Of a stretch of DNA of 64,000 nucleotides, positions 50,884 to 60,348 are shown one piece after another. The notes below the pieces were generated by a model, which made no database searches, was not told the origin of the DNA, and worked only from the letters and a program-made list of their open reading frames with translations. Origin of the DNA: Desulfosudaceae bacterium (GTDB lineage Bacteria; Desulfobacterota; Desulfobacteria; Desulfobacterales; Desulfosudaceae); assembly GCA_963674745.2 (NCBI GenBank), contig CAXXDV010000001.1, positions 896,001-960,000 on the forward strand, in the 5' to 3' direction. Numbering within the stretch: the stretch's first letter is position 1; each line of letters begins with the position of its first letter. Both the position numbers and the translations under genes were made by a program.

Positions 50884-51234
50884 TTAGAAATTTTTCTTAA
50901 CCTTTTTCATTTCATTTTTATGATAAAGGTCAAAGAAAATAACACTATTGTCTGGGATGGTCTGACAATCATCGCATTCCTTTTCCAAACGACGGTTCTC
51001 CTTCCGACATAGTTTACACCAATAATAAATGACCCGGTATTCACGTTTGCCGACATATTTCTTAAAGCGCCCATGATAAAGCCCGTGCATTTTCCCATCC
51101 GCATCGTCCGGTTCAGCAATTAGACGATCCACAACCTGTCGGATGCGTTTGTAACCAGAAGGATCAGACTGCTTTACTTTTTCCAGTTTTTGGGAAAAAT
51201 GCTCAGTCGGTCTATACAAATTGTCTCCGTTCAT
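50884..51234 (-). CDS. RelE/ParE-like protein with four-Cys insertion
   Basis: TEHFSQKLEKV...KYVGKREYRVIY...FFDLYHKN; CKLC and CDDC. Confidence 0.65.
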   Translation of the reverse strand: MNGDNLYRPTEHFSQKLEKVKQSDPSGYKRIRQVVDRLIAEPDDADGKMHGLYHGRFKKYVGKREYRVIYYWCKLCRKENRRLEKECDDCQTIPDNSVIFFDLYHKNEMKKVKKNF

Positions 51235-51249
51235 TGACTGTCATCCTTA

Positions 51250-51298
51250 ATGCAACAAAGAGAAGGTGCCGGCTGGCCTTTGCGCGGCCTTGTTAGCG
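51250..51298 (-). repeat. Degenerate attC
   Basis: GTTAGCG matches core CGCTAAC at 51863. Confidence 0.5.
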
Positions 51299-51303
51299 AT
51301 TTG

Positions 51304-51840
51304 CTACTCTCGCCAGTGTTCCGGTTTATCCAACATATGTGCGCACTTAACTTTACCAGATACGCTACCTATAATTCCTGAACGTAGTTCTTGCACCATC
51401 CATGCATTAGCGTGCTCTTCTGGGATTAGATAAGGCGCTTCAAATCCTTGCACACCAGCCGGTTTAAAACCATAACGGGGATAATAGTCAGGATGCCCAA
51501 GCACGAAGACTAAATCAATACCAGCAGCGGTTAAGAGCTTTATGCCATGTGCTATAAGCTTACCTCCTACACCTTGTTTTTGATAATCAGGGAGCACCGC
51601 TAAAGGGGCTAATAGCGATATGGATGTACCTTTTTGTGTGCCTTCCAGACATGCTGATGTGAACAGAATATGCCCAATTGCTTTATTATTATCAAACGCA
51701 AGGATAGAAAAGAATGGTTGAGCGCTTGGGTCACTCAATAAATCATTTACAAGATTTGCCTCTTTATCGTATCCAAATGCCTCTTTCTCAACTAAAAGTA
51801 CGTCACTAACTTCTGTGTCTTTTGCTTCTCGAATTATCAT
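51304..51840 (-). CDS. GNAT N-acetyltransferase (YhbS-like)
   Basis: LAPLAVLPDYQKQGVG, VLGHPDYYPRYGF. Confidence 0.92.
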   Translation of the reverse strand: MIIREAKDTEVSDVLLVEKEAFGYDKEANLVNDLLSDPSAQPFFSILAFDNNKAIGHILFTSACLEGTQKGTSISLLAPLAVLPDYQKQGVGGKLIAHGIKLLTAAGIDLVFVLGHPDYYPRYGFKPAGVQGFEAPYLIPEEHANAWMVQELRSGIIGSVSGKVKCAHMLDKPEHWRE

Positions 51841-51862
51841 TGTTTCTCCGATTCCGGTTTAT

Positions 51863-51991
51863 CGCTAACGAAAAGTTCACTTTGCTGCCAAAAGCGCCGT
51901 CTGGTTCTCTCAGGAAACCGAAGAATATTAAGAGAGACAGGCCTGAAAAAGCCGCGCTTTTTGCAGTCAAATGTGGAACAATTTGTAAGTG
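51863..51991 (-). repeat. attC, degenerate R''
   Basis: CGCTAAC; AAAAGCGC/GCGCTTTT stem; ends GTAAGTG. Confidence 0.65.
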
Positions 51992-52057
51992 CTTCCATAG
52001 TTATATTTGATATTTTTATATGAATATGGCTTTAAAAAATACCAAATTAAACAATAT

Positions 52058-52465
52058 TCATTTACCTGTTTCGATTGTGGCTACTAAACGGGAATCTTTT
52101 AAAGCTGCTGATCTATGGATAACTATTTCTTGATAAGACACGCTCTCGATCATTTCAATGAATTTTTCGATAGACGGATAACGGACAAGAAAGATTTGAT
52201 CCCAATGTTCATCCGGAGGACCTATAATTGAAGCCAGGGCTTCTCCATACCACACAAGCTCTGCACCCACCTTTGTTAAATGCGCTAATGCTTTTTCACT
52301 ATATTTAGCGTATGCAGCTTTGCCTGAAATATTCGTGTTTCCATCAGGGTATTTTGCAGTTTCTCTATATCTCAGCATGTTAAGCATTATTACTGGAACG
52401 CCTTTTGGAATTTCTGCAATTGCTTCTTGAATCTGATTTTGTCTTGGATCAATTGTTCCCATCAT
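52058..52465 (-). CDS. DUF1330-like protein
   Basis: PVIMLNMLRYR, WDQIFLVRYPS, HRSAALKDSRL. Confidence 0.85.
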   Translation of the reverse strand: MMGTIDPRQNQIQEAIAEIPKGVPVIMLNMLRYRETAKYPDGNTNISGKAAYAKYSEKALAHLTKVGAELVWYGEALASIIGPPDEHWDQIFLVRYPSIEKFIEMIESVSYQEIVIHRSAALKDSRLVATIETGK

Positions 52466-52513
52466 ATTTATTTCCAAAATTTTGTTAACTATAAGTAGAA
52501 TTATTGAACTTAT

Positions 52514-52599
52514 GCAGTACCGCCCACGATGAGGGGCCGGAAAAGCAAGAGAGGAACGAACGCCGCTTTTTCCGGTCACTCTCAATTGTGAAGTTCGGC
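52514..52599 (-). repeat. attC with mutated core
   Basis: CCGGAAAA/TTTTCCGG stem, GTTCGGC end; core reads GCAGTAC. Confidence 0.7.
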
Positions 52600-53043
52600 A
52601 TTTTCATTTTTAATGTATTCCATAATGATGGCATAAAAAAACCAGTGAATACCACAAGTGTCAATCAAATAGAAAAAAATAGCTATTACACCGTAAATGA
52701 TTGAAGAAGGAACGAATAGAGATCCTAAGAAAATGGGTGTTCCCCCAAACATTGGCAATCCTGATACAAACCGGTATTCATCCAAATTCCCATGCTTCTT
52801 GTTATATAACCACGGCCTGGTAAAAGATAAATGAAAATTAAGTCCCGATACGAAGAAGCCCAAAATGGATAATATGGAACCAAGGATCATAACCCATGAA
52901 ACTTCAATCGGAGTTGATGAGGAAAGAATATGCTTATAGATGATAATCGCCGGGAAGACGACGCCACATAAACCTAAAATTAGGAGAGTAAAAAAATCCC
53001 CTAATTTATTGCTTGTCGTTTTTATTGGTATATGATCTGCCAT
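52582..53043 (-). CDS. Membrane cassette protein
   Basis: About 4 TM helices; stop inside attC. Confidence 0.75.
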   Translation of the reverse strand: MADHIPIKTTSNKLGDFFTLLILGLCGVVFPAIIIYKHILSSSTPIEVSWVMILGSILSILGFFVSGLNFHLSFTRPWLYNKKHGNLDEYRFVSGLPMFGGTPIFLGSLFVPSSIIYGVIAIFFYLIDTCGIHWFFYAIIMEYIKNENAELHN

Positions 53044-53109
53044 GATTTGACTGCCGAACGCCGCGGATGACAGGTGGGCTTCTGACGATCAAGCTTGGGT
53101 TGCAAAAAA

Positions 53110-53234
53110 TATGAACGTCCGCCACCAATGGCAGCCAGGGCTTCCACTGACTTGTTTAAAGGTTTCGGTTGTTCAGTACCCCCGATTTTTCAAAACCCGA
53201 GTGTCCTGGCTGTCCACTTGAGCTTGATTTCTAC
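53110..53234 (-). repeat. attC, family B, degenerate R''
   Basis: TATGAAC...family B body...TTTCTAC (expected GTTCTAC). Confidence 0.75.
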
Positions 53235-53788
53235 GATTTTTTCTTTCCTTTGACTGGTTCTATAAAGCCAATTGATTGATTCTTTCCCTTTGGCTTTGGG
53301 CTATCTATAAGTTTTCTTATTTCATGAACCAATTCAATTAAAATTTCGTCATGGTCGCTTACGCGTTTTTCTAATTCAATGAATTTACGTGATAATTTTT
53401 CGTTTTTCAACGCCATTTCTCGGAGCTTGATAAAAGTCCTGACGATAAATACACTCATTTTGTTCGCTTGGGATGAGTTTAGAACATTTGCCGCCTGTAA
53501 AGCTCCGTGTTCAGTAAAAACTAATGGGAGTTTCCGTCGGCCGCCCCAAGTGGAACTTGATGTCGCAAATTGCGATTTCAAGTTTTCGAATTCTTCCTTG
53601 GTTAATTGGAACATAAAATCGCCCGGAAATTTATCAATGTTGCGACGAACTTGCTCGTTTAGGCGTCTGGTCTCTACGCCATATAGTGTCGCTAAATCGG
53701 AATCAAGTATAACTTTTTCTCCCCGTACGATTATAATAATATTCAATATTTTTTCTTCGGGAATAAGACTTCCAGATTTCCTTGGCAT
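53231..53788 (-). CDS. ORF6N domain DNA-binding protein
   Basis: RGEKVILDSDLATLYGVETRRLNEQVRRN..FP.DFMFQL, FTEHG. Confidence 0.92.
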   Translation of the reverse strand: MPRKSGSLIPEEKILNIIIIVRGEKVILDSDLATLYGVETRRLNEQVRRNIDKFPGDFMFQLTKEEFENLKSQFATSSSTWGGRRKLPLVFTEHGALQAANVLNSSQANKMSVFIVRTFIKLREMALKNEKLSRKFIELEKRVSDHDEILIELVHEIRKLIDSPKPKGKNQSIGFIEPVKGKKKS

Positions 53789-53813
53789 AATTTATGTCCT
53801 CAAATTATTTATC

Positions 53814-53877
53814 GTAGAACGCTATGGATCACAGGCCGCGAGGCACGAACGGTCCTTCGTGAAGCCGTTCGTTAGCC
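53814..53877 (-). repeat. attC site (64 bp)
   Basis: GTAGAAC...GTTAGCC, matching core GGCTAAC at 55766. Confidence 0.8.
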
Positions 53878-53898
53878 GCGCCATTATCTTTATCTGTT

Positions 53899-55760
53899 TT
53901 ACGAAATAATCAGATCAACGCTTTCTTTTACTGATCGATATTGTGGCTCTATGCCTGCTTTGTTTAACACCTCTTGCGCTTCAGGCGGAAGCTGGCGGGT
54001 ATCTTCAAAAAGGTGATTGTCATAAAGCTGATTGCTTTTGTCCCGCCAGAAAAATCGATATCGACCCTGGTCAAAGTCCCGGTACGATAATTGATTCGAC
54101 CAGTTGTTGTAGATTTTGGTATTGGTTGACATCACAAGAGCGACCCATGCTCGGGAGAGTCGATTCCACCAAACCGATGACGGCATATTAATGGATACGT
54201 TGTTGTAAATTTCCGCCTTGTCGACAAAAACATCCAAATATATACCGGCGTTACTTGGATTTATGCCGACGCCGTCAATATAGTTGTGGTGAATTTTAGT
54301 GAAACCCGCATTGGCGCATGAGACATACAGCGCGCCGAAATCCGTCAACCCCGATTGGCCGACTTCACTGGTTTTATTCCATGCGTACTCGATATTCCCG
54401 GCGTGCCCTCTCCAGCCAAGATAACGCCAACTGTTACGGATCGCCTGAATCGGCGTGTGCCTGATTTCATTGTTGATAAAACGGAAATTGCGGGTGAATT
54501 CAGAATAACTGACCCCTGGAGAAGGGGCGTCGATACCGGTCACCCGGATATAATTATTCTTGATTTCAACCCCGTCAAAGAACTTGTCTTGATTTTCCGG
54601 CAAGACACCTTTTTTGCTCTGATTGCTCACCACAAGATTTGTCTGGTTCAAGGAGATGGCCGATCGTGAAATATCCCCGAAACCGTTCCCGATTATTTGA
54701 ATCCCGGTGCCCTGGATATCAAAGTGGACCGCGTCATACCCCATATGAAAGAAAAAGTTGTCTTGAAGGAGAATGTTGCGGCCCGCATTGACTTGAATGG
54801 CGCTTTCCGGTTTGGGCGTAACCGCCCTGGTCGGCTCCGTGGGAAAACCGGCGGTCACCCCCATTTTCGTCCCTTTGCTGTATTGAAAACAAAGCCCCTG
54901 GATAGCGATATTTTGAACGGGCCGGGTCATGGTTCCATCCAAGAGAAAAAAGTTTTCAAATCCGAATAAATGAGGACCGAATTTTGGTTAAAACCGGCTT
55001 CCCTGTCCGGCTTGAAGTAAACCACAGACCCTGCTTTATCGAGATACCATTCCCCTTCCCCGGTAAGCAGTTCATAGGCGTTTTCTATGGCATAATCGGC
55101 TGTCCATATCTCAATTCCATTTAACAGCCCGAATAAGCTAAAGGGCTCCATCACCCCTAGTGCGGTTGTCGGCACCAGATAGGTATCGAGTTCTTCGGGA
55201 TCCAGTTGAATCTCATTAGCGGTGATTTTATGGATCCTGGCAGGAATCTGACGCCACATCATTTTTTTGGTAACGATTATTTCATTCAGATTCTGCCAGT
55301 TTTTGATATCCGGCGCATCCTTTGTCAGCTTCAGCCCCTTGCGGCTGTTTTTAAATCCCGGAGGATTCCAGCCGGACCAGGCTCTTGTCAAGCGCCGGTT
55401 TCCGAACCACAGGTGCTCAAAATCGCTGTTCAGAGGAACGGATGCTTTCCAGATATTTTTGGTCTTGTCGTGGATTTCCCAATTCGTTATATACTTTTCC
55501 CCTGTCAAAACAGGTTTCGCGTTTTCCGCGCTCTGCCAACGCACCCAAAATCCATTCTGACCGGAATCTTCAACCTGAATCCGGATTGGTTCGTTTAAAT
55601 AATAACACCCATCCTCAAAATAAATATTTATATCTGAAGTCATGCTTCTGCCGGCCGTTTTAATAAGATCAGTGACCTTTTCAAGAGAACATGGATTGCC
55701 TCTCTTTCCATCCCCTTCCCCATTGGGCGAAACATAAAAATTATTCATCGTTTTTCTCAT
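53899..55760 (-). pseudogene. Right-handed beta-helix (pectin-lyase-like) protein, frameshifted into two ORFs
   Basis: FYVSPNG, ENAYELL..GEWY, DFGALY, GIYLD; one extra base in the A6 run at 54946-54951 would join the frames. Confidence 0.75.
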
Positions 55761-55765
55761 TTGTC

Positions 55766-55825
55766 GGCTAACGGCGCTAATAAGTCGCGCGGCTGTAAAC
55801 GGTACGGTTCAGGGCTTTGTTGGCA
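55766..55825 (-). repeat. attC site (60 bp, weak stem)
   Basis: GGCTAAC...GTTGGCA, matching core TGCCAAC at 58241. Confidence 0.65.
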
Positions 55826-55857
55826 TCTCATGTAAATATTGCGGATGTAGGAGCTCA

Positions 55858-57327
55858 TCACTCTTTCCCTAGCGATACCAGTTCAATCGTCTCGGCATAC
55901 GATCGTTTGAGAATTTCGTCACCTGCCGTGGCTAGCTCGGCCCAACCTTCGTCCGCAATTCTGCCCATGTGTTCAAGCTGCAGTTGGGAACGATCGAAGA
56001 GCCAGTACTTCAGTGATGGCAAGAGGTAGCGAACCAGTGCCAACCATTCCGGGTAATTGATGGCAAGGGGGTTCCCTTGATACAAGGCCACCTTGCCCGC
56101 GTTTCCGGCACAAGCAACGGCGTGTGCGGAAAGAAGCATGGACCTGTACTTCGGGTTCTTGGCCAGAAGGAACGGGACTTCACCGTTCTCAGCGTAGTGC
56201 CGGATCATGAGATAGCCTCTCAGAATGATCTCAATGACCGCTGGCGTGATACCCATCACAAGGAAGTGCCGGAAATCGTAACCGTTCGTGTACATCCATC
56301 TGGCCACCTGCCCTACCGTCCGTCCTCCTTTCCCAAGATTACCTGTGTTGATGCCCTGAAAAAGGGTGAAGAATGGAGGAGGAATGCCCGGAGGCGTCGC
56401 GACATCAGAAATCAGATGGCCCATTTGTTTCAGAATCGCTGTGATCAGACCCACCGGCTCTAGGTTGGTCCAGACTTGGCCCTGTGCGAGTTCATGAACG
56501 CCAGAAAGCTTTTCGTACGAAAACCCCGTAATCGTACCTCTCATGATGTCGAGCACCCCGAAGATGAAGCCAAGGACGGGATCATGTCCCAAAGTCTGGA
56601 ACCTGTGGGTCGTCCCCCCTGCACCCTTCAGCCTTTCCAGTCTTCCAGCCTTTTCGAAGACCGTTCCGTCGTAAGGAACTCTGCATTTCGACTCCAGACT
56701 GCGCGCCCATCTGGCGAACCAATCCTGTCGTCCGCCCTGCTTCCGGGAATCGTACTTCTTCAGCCATTCCGTAATAGGGCTCGCCTGCTGCCCCGAATAC
56801 TGTCCCGTGTTGAAGCTGCGAGGGATCTTCACCAAAAGGAAATCAGTCAGACTCGCCAGCACCCCGGCAGTGCCGACAAACGAGTAGTCCCACTTGTCCC
56901 ACAGGTACTGTGTCCCGTACTCCTCCTGCTTCAGGCGCTCAAGATCGTCATTGCACAAGAACGCTTCCCAAGGCAGGGAACAGTCCAAATCGTGCTCTGC
57001 GCAATATGCTACACTGTCACGGACGAACTGGTCCCAATCGACAAAGGCTAGGACAGAGGTTTCCCGTGCGACAGCCTCGCGCCGTCGCTGATAGATGGTT
57101 TCGATTTCCCCTGGATCCCAATCCGCCATGTCGGCGGCGCAAAGGAGCCCGCTCTCCTGCTCGATGTCGTCCATGAGGCCTGACAACACTTGAAGCTGGT
57201 CAGCCTGTCCGTTCGCTTCTCCGAGCGCCGGAGCCAAAGCGTCCAGTCGTCCGCTCGCCTGATCGAGCACATGCCGCTGACCTTGGAGTACGGCCCGTAA
57301 CGAATGGAGATCCGACGCGGTCGTCAT
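55858..57327 (-). CDS. Uncharacterised 489-aa partner of TerB-domain protein
   Basis: ATGA-coupled to upstream gene; motifs HRFQTLGHDP, HLISDV, MYTNGYDFRHF. Confidence 0.85.
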   Translation of the reverse strand: MTTASDLHSLRAVLQGQRHVLDQASGRLDALAPALGEANGQADQLQVLSGLMDDIEQESGLLCAADMADWDPGEIETIYQRRREAVARETSVLAFVDWDQFVRDSVAYCAEHDLDCSLPWEAFLCNDDLERLKQEEYGTQYLWDKWDYSFVGTAGVLASLTDFLLVKIPRSFNTGQYSGQQASPITEWLKKYDSRKQGGRQDWFARWARSLESKCRVPYDGTVFEKAGRLERLKGAGGTTHRFQTLGHDPVLGFIFGVLDIMRGTITGFSYEKLSGVHELAQGQVWTNLEPVGLITAILKQMGHLISDVATPPGIPPPFFTLFQGINTGNLGKGGRTVGQVARWMYTNGYDFRHFLVMGITPAVIEIILRGYLMIRHYAENGEVPFLLAKNPKYRSMLLSAHAVACAGNAGKVALYQGNPLAINYPEWLALVRYLLPSLKYWLFDRSQLQLEHMGRIADEGWAELATAGDEILKRSYAETIELVSLGKE

Positions 57328-58196
57328 GCAACAGCCCTCGCTTCCCTTTGACGCAGCACCTGTTTGAGGGAGGTGAGTCGCTCCGTCAGAATTGCGATCG
57401 CCGTTCGGTTGGCTTCGGACTTCGCCGCCTCTGCTTCCAGCGATTCAATTCTGTCGATTATTTGGGCAATGGCTTCCTGAAGGTTCTTGATGACTAGTTG
57501 GGCCTTCCGCTCCTGCGCTGCGCGAAGCTTCTCTTCCTTGACCTTCCTACTGTCCCCGAGAAGCCACGTTGTGCCCAGAAACACAGCTGTTCCGAGCACT
57601 ACCGCGACTCCAATACCAGGCACCATGCCAAACCCCAAACCGAGAGCGGCAAGACCCCCGGTAATGCCCGCTGCGCTCAGACCGATGATGGTACCGCTGA
57701 AGTACACTGCGGCAATGGGCACTCCCACCGCGCCGAGTCCTGCTGCCGCGGCCTTGATGGCCTTCTCCGCGGCATTGTTGTCAAGTCCCTCGCGAGCAAC
57801 GCGGCGAGCCTCCTTCACAAAATTGATGATCGCCTTCCGCTGGTCTTCGGTGACCCGCAGTCGTGTGCACACGGATGAGAGGAAATCCTTCTCCTCTTCT
57901 TCCATAATGTCGTCAGCCAATATGGTCTCCACCACGGCTACGATCACGGCATATCGCAGTTCGTCACGTGCGTTAACCAGTTGGTCCAGACAAGAATCGA
58001 GATTAGGTGGCGTCAGTACAAACCCTTGAACCTGCTTGCGATGGGCTTCGTCCAGCGCCTCGAGGTCGAGCGAGCCGAAAATCGCTACCATCTCTTCCCT
58101 GGAGGCGTTTCCATCGGCGGCCGATGCAGCGAAACTCAAGCCGTAGAAGGCTATCAACTGGTCCTGCGGGATTGTGCTCATGTCGAACTTGGCCAT
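57324..58196 (-). CDS. TerB-domain protein with Gly-rich hydrophobic hairpin and coiled coil
   Basis: ADGNASREE and ADDIMEEEEKDFL TerB-like motifs. Confidence 0.8.
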   Translation of the reverse strand: MAKFDMSTIPQDQLIAFYGLSFAASAADGNASREEMVAIFGSLDLEALDEAHRKQVQGFVLTPPNLDSCLDQLVNARDELRYAVIVAVVETILADDIMEEEEKDFLSSVCTRLRVTEDQRKAIINFVKEARRVAREGLDNNAAEKAIKAAAAGLGAVGVPIAAVYFSGTIIGLSAAGITGGLAALGLGFGMVPGIGVAVVLGTAVFLGTTWLLGDSRKVKEEKLRAAQERKAQLVIKNLQEAIAQIIDRIESLEAEAAKSEANRTAIAILTERLTSLKQVLRQREARAVA

Positions 58197-58240
58197 TGCG
58201 GTGTTCCTTTCTCATGGGTTGATTCGTCAATCTTGTCTAA

Positions 58241-58345
58241 TGCCAACATCCACGGTGTGGGGCCGCAAGGGGAACGTGCCACCGCAAAAAACTCATTATT
58301 GGAAAAAAGTGGTAAGAGCCAAAGCCGGACGTCCCTTGCGGTCCC
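58241..58345 (-). repeat. attC truncated on R'' side
   Basis: TGCCAAC; GGGCCGCAAGGG/CCCTTGCGGTCC stem; fused to gene fragment. Confidence 0.7.
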
Positions 58346-58572
58346 TGCCAACGCACCAAAAATCCATTCTGACCGGAGTCTTCACCCTGAATCCGGATTG
58401 GTTTATTTAAATAATAACACCCATCCCCAAAATAAATATTTATATCAGAAGTCATGCTTCTGCCGGCCGTTTTAATAAGATCAGTGACCCTCTCAAGAGA
58501 ACAGGGATTGCCTTTCTTTCCATCCCCTTCCCCATTGGGCGAAACATAAAAATTATTCATCGTTTTTCTCAT
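58345..58572 (-). pseudogene. 5' fragment duplicate of the beta-helix cassette gene
   Basis: Near-identical to 55533-55760 (MRKTMNNFYVSPNGEGDG...). Confidence 0.9.
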
Positions 58573-58577
58573 TTATC

Positions 58578-58638
58578 GGCGAACGGCTCTGGTGTGGGGC
58601 GCGCGGCTGTTTACGCGTCCCACACCAGATGGTTCGGT
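58578..58638 (-). repeat. attC site (61 bp)
   Basis: GGCGAAC, TCTGGTGTGGG/CCCACACCAGA, GTTCGGT. Confidence 0.85.
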
Positions 58639-58646
58639 GTCTTCCT

Positions 58647-59324
58647 TTAAGGACTCACTCGACTTGCGAATTCCAGAACGCCTTGGCACATCATGCTCAC
58701 CTGATCGGTATTGTAGTCGTTATACTTACCATGAGCCGCGTGATTACGAAGGTCCAACCAAGCAGTAACATTCTTTTGTTCTAATTTCCCATATACACCG
58801 GCTTTTGCAAGGTCTGCGTTCATAGCATCAGCCTTTTTAGGCATCTTCTTCCTCCCTGCTAGCAATTCCGTATCGATTGAATTTGCTTGACATAACTGCC
58901 TAAGATGTTCTTCAAGCACACTTCCCACTATAACGGCACTTGCATCCTTATATCCCTCCGAAAGCAAGTATTCCGCCATTTCAAGAAAATCAGCAAATAT
59001 CTCGGCGGCGGCTATAGTTTTTGTCTGAATTACCCAGCCACCGGCAATTTCATTTCGTGCGGCTGTCATCACACCTATTGCATTTTTTAAATCGGATGAG
59101 TAGCCGACTGTGGCTTTATCTATTATATCTTCATAGTAGGGATGTTCTTTTCCGAAAATGCCAAGAAGAAAAGAAAGTATCGCTGCCCGAATAGATCGGA
59201 AACTACCCTCATCAACATATTTGAGATTGTGCGCTCTGGAAGACTTTTCCGTCTGTAGAAGATCAGTAGCCTGTTTTATTAAATCATCCGCCCTTGCGAC
59301 AATATCTGATAATTTCAAAAGCAC
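58647..59324 (-). CDS. HEPN (DUF4145-like) protein
   Basis: ASAVIVGSVLEEHLR and LRNHAAHG (Rx4H). Confidence 0.8.
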   Translation of the reverse strand: MLLKLSDIVARADDLIKQATDLLQTEKSSRAHNLKYVDEGSFRSIRAAILSFLLGIFGKEHPYYEDIIDKATVGYSSDLKNAIGVMTAARNEIAGGWVIQTKTIAAAEIFADFLEMAEYLLSEGYKDASAVIVGSVLEEHLRQLCQANSIDTELLAGRKKMPKKADAMNADLAKAGVYGKLEQKNVTAWLDLRNHAAHGKYNDYNTDQVSMMCQGVLEFASRVSP

Positions 59325-59333
59325 CTCCTATGA

Positions 59334-59463
59334 ACCCAACGGGAAGCTGAGGGGCCGGGCGTCTTGAACTCGGAGCCTCAGATAAATCCTTTATTTTGCT
59401 AAATCATATGTTTCAGGGAAAACCGCGCGTTAAGCCCGGTCCAACTCAAGAGTTTTGTTCGGG
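59334..59463 (-). repeat. attC site
   Basis: ACCCAAC, CCGGGC/GCCCGG, GTTCGGG. Confidence 0.8.
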
Positions 59464-60348
59464 TTTAAGGTCATTCTTTAGTATTTTGAAAGGATTGCTA
59501 TTTAGTTCCCATTGCTCAATTTCTTGATACAAGTTTGTCAAAACAAAATCATTTATTGAGTAGGCTAAACGGAAAAGTCTGTGGATATTGCCATTTTCTG
59601 CAATGGAAGCCTGTAATGTTGCAAACAATTTCCGCAGACTTAATGCAAATAGACCGAGCAAATCATGTCCGCATGAAAGTTCCAATTTATCGAGATCTTC
59701 TTCATTCTCCATAACTTGATTTATAAGAGTTATAATTTCTGCATCTTGAGGCAAGTCCAATTCATAGTTATGTTTTGCAGCATTTTGTTGAGTAATGTCC
59801 TGCACATATCGCACCATTTTGTCTATATCTATTTCAAGGGTACTTTTGTTCGTGAATTTTTGATAATTTAATTCGTGAAACACAAAATGAAAATTGTTTC
59901 TCTGTGATATAAGCCTGAAGATTCCTATCATACTAGATTTCGAATAAAAGAAGTCTTTCAAATTGTCATATCCAATTATTTTTCTTGGCGAACAATACTC
60001 AGAAACTACTCGACTAAATGCATTGCTATTAAAAAGCATACCTTCAACGTCGTGAGTATCGGACACTAAAATATTGTCAGGCAAATCAGGAAGGCCTTCA
60101 ACCCGCCAGAAATCGGCATCAACTATTGCCAATATCCCCTTTCCTGCTGAATCATTCACTATCTCGATTGCAGAAATTGCATTATCTTTACCGTGAGCTA
60201 TAATGATATGCGTAAAATGAGAATCGAAAAAATTTTCAAATAACATAGAATCATTGTTGCCTTCGAGAATAACAATCGTATCAGGAAAAGCAGTTCGAAC
60301 CATTTCCACTTCGGTAGCTATAGATTCTCCTGTAACATTCTCAAGCAT
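59446..60348 (-). CDS. DUF4435 TOPRIM-like protein (PARIS AriB-like)
   Basis: ILEGNND, GK, IVDADF, DTHDVE, CGHDL. Confidence 0.8.
   Translation of the reverse strand: MLENVTGESIATEVEMVRTAFPDTIVILEGNNDSMLFENFFDSHFTHIIIAHGKDNAISAIEIVNDSAGKGILAIVDADFWRVEGLPDLPDNILVSDTHDVEGMLFNSNAFSRVVSEYCSPRKIIGYDNLKDFFYSKSSMIGIFRLISQRNNFHFVFHELNYQKFTNKSTLEIDIDKMVRYVQDITQQNAAKHNYELDLPQDAEIITLINQVMENEEDLDKLELSCGHDLLGLFALSLRKLFATLQASIAENGNIHRLFRLAYSINDFVLTNLYQEIEQWELNSNPFKILKNDLKPEQNS

Noticed and set aside
58237..58572. 111-aa ORF as an intact gene
   Set aside because: Chimera of a duplicated 5' fragment and attC sequence
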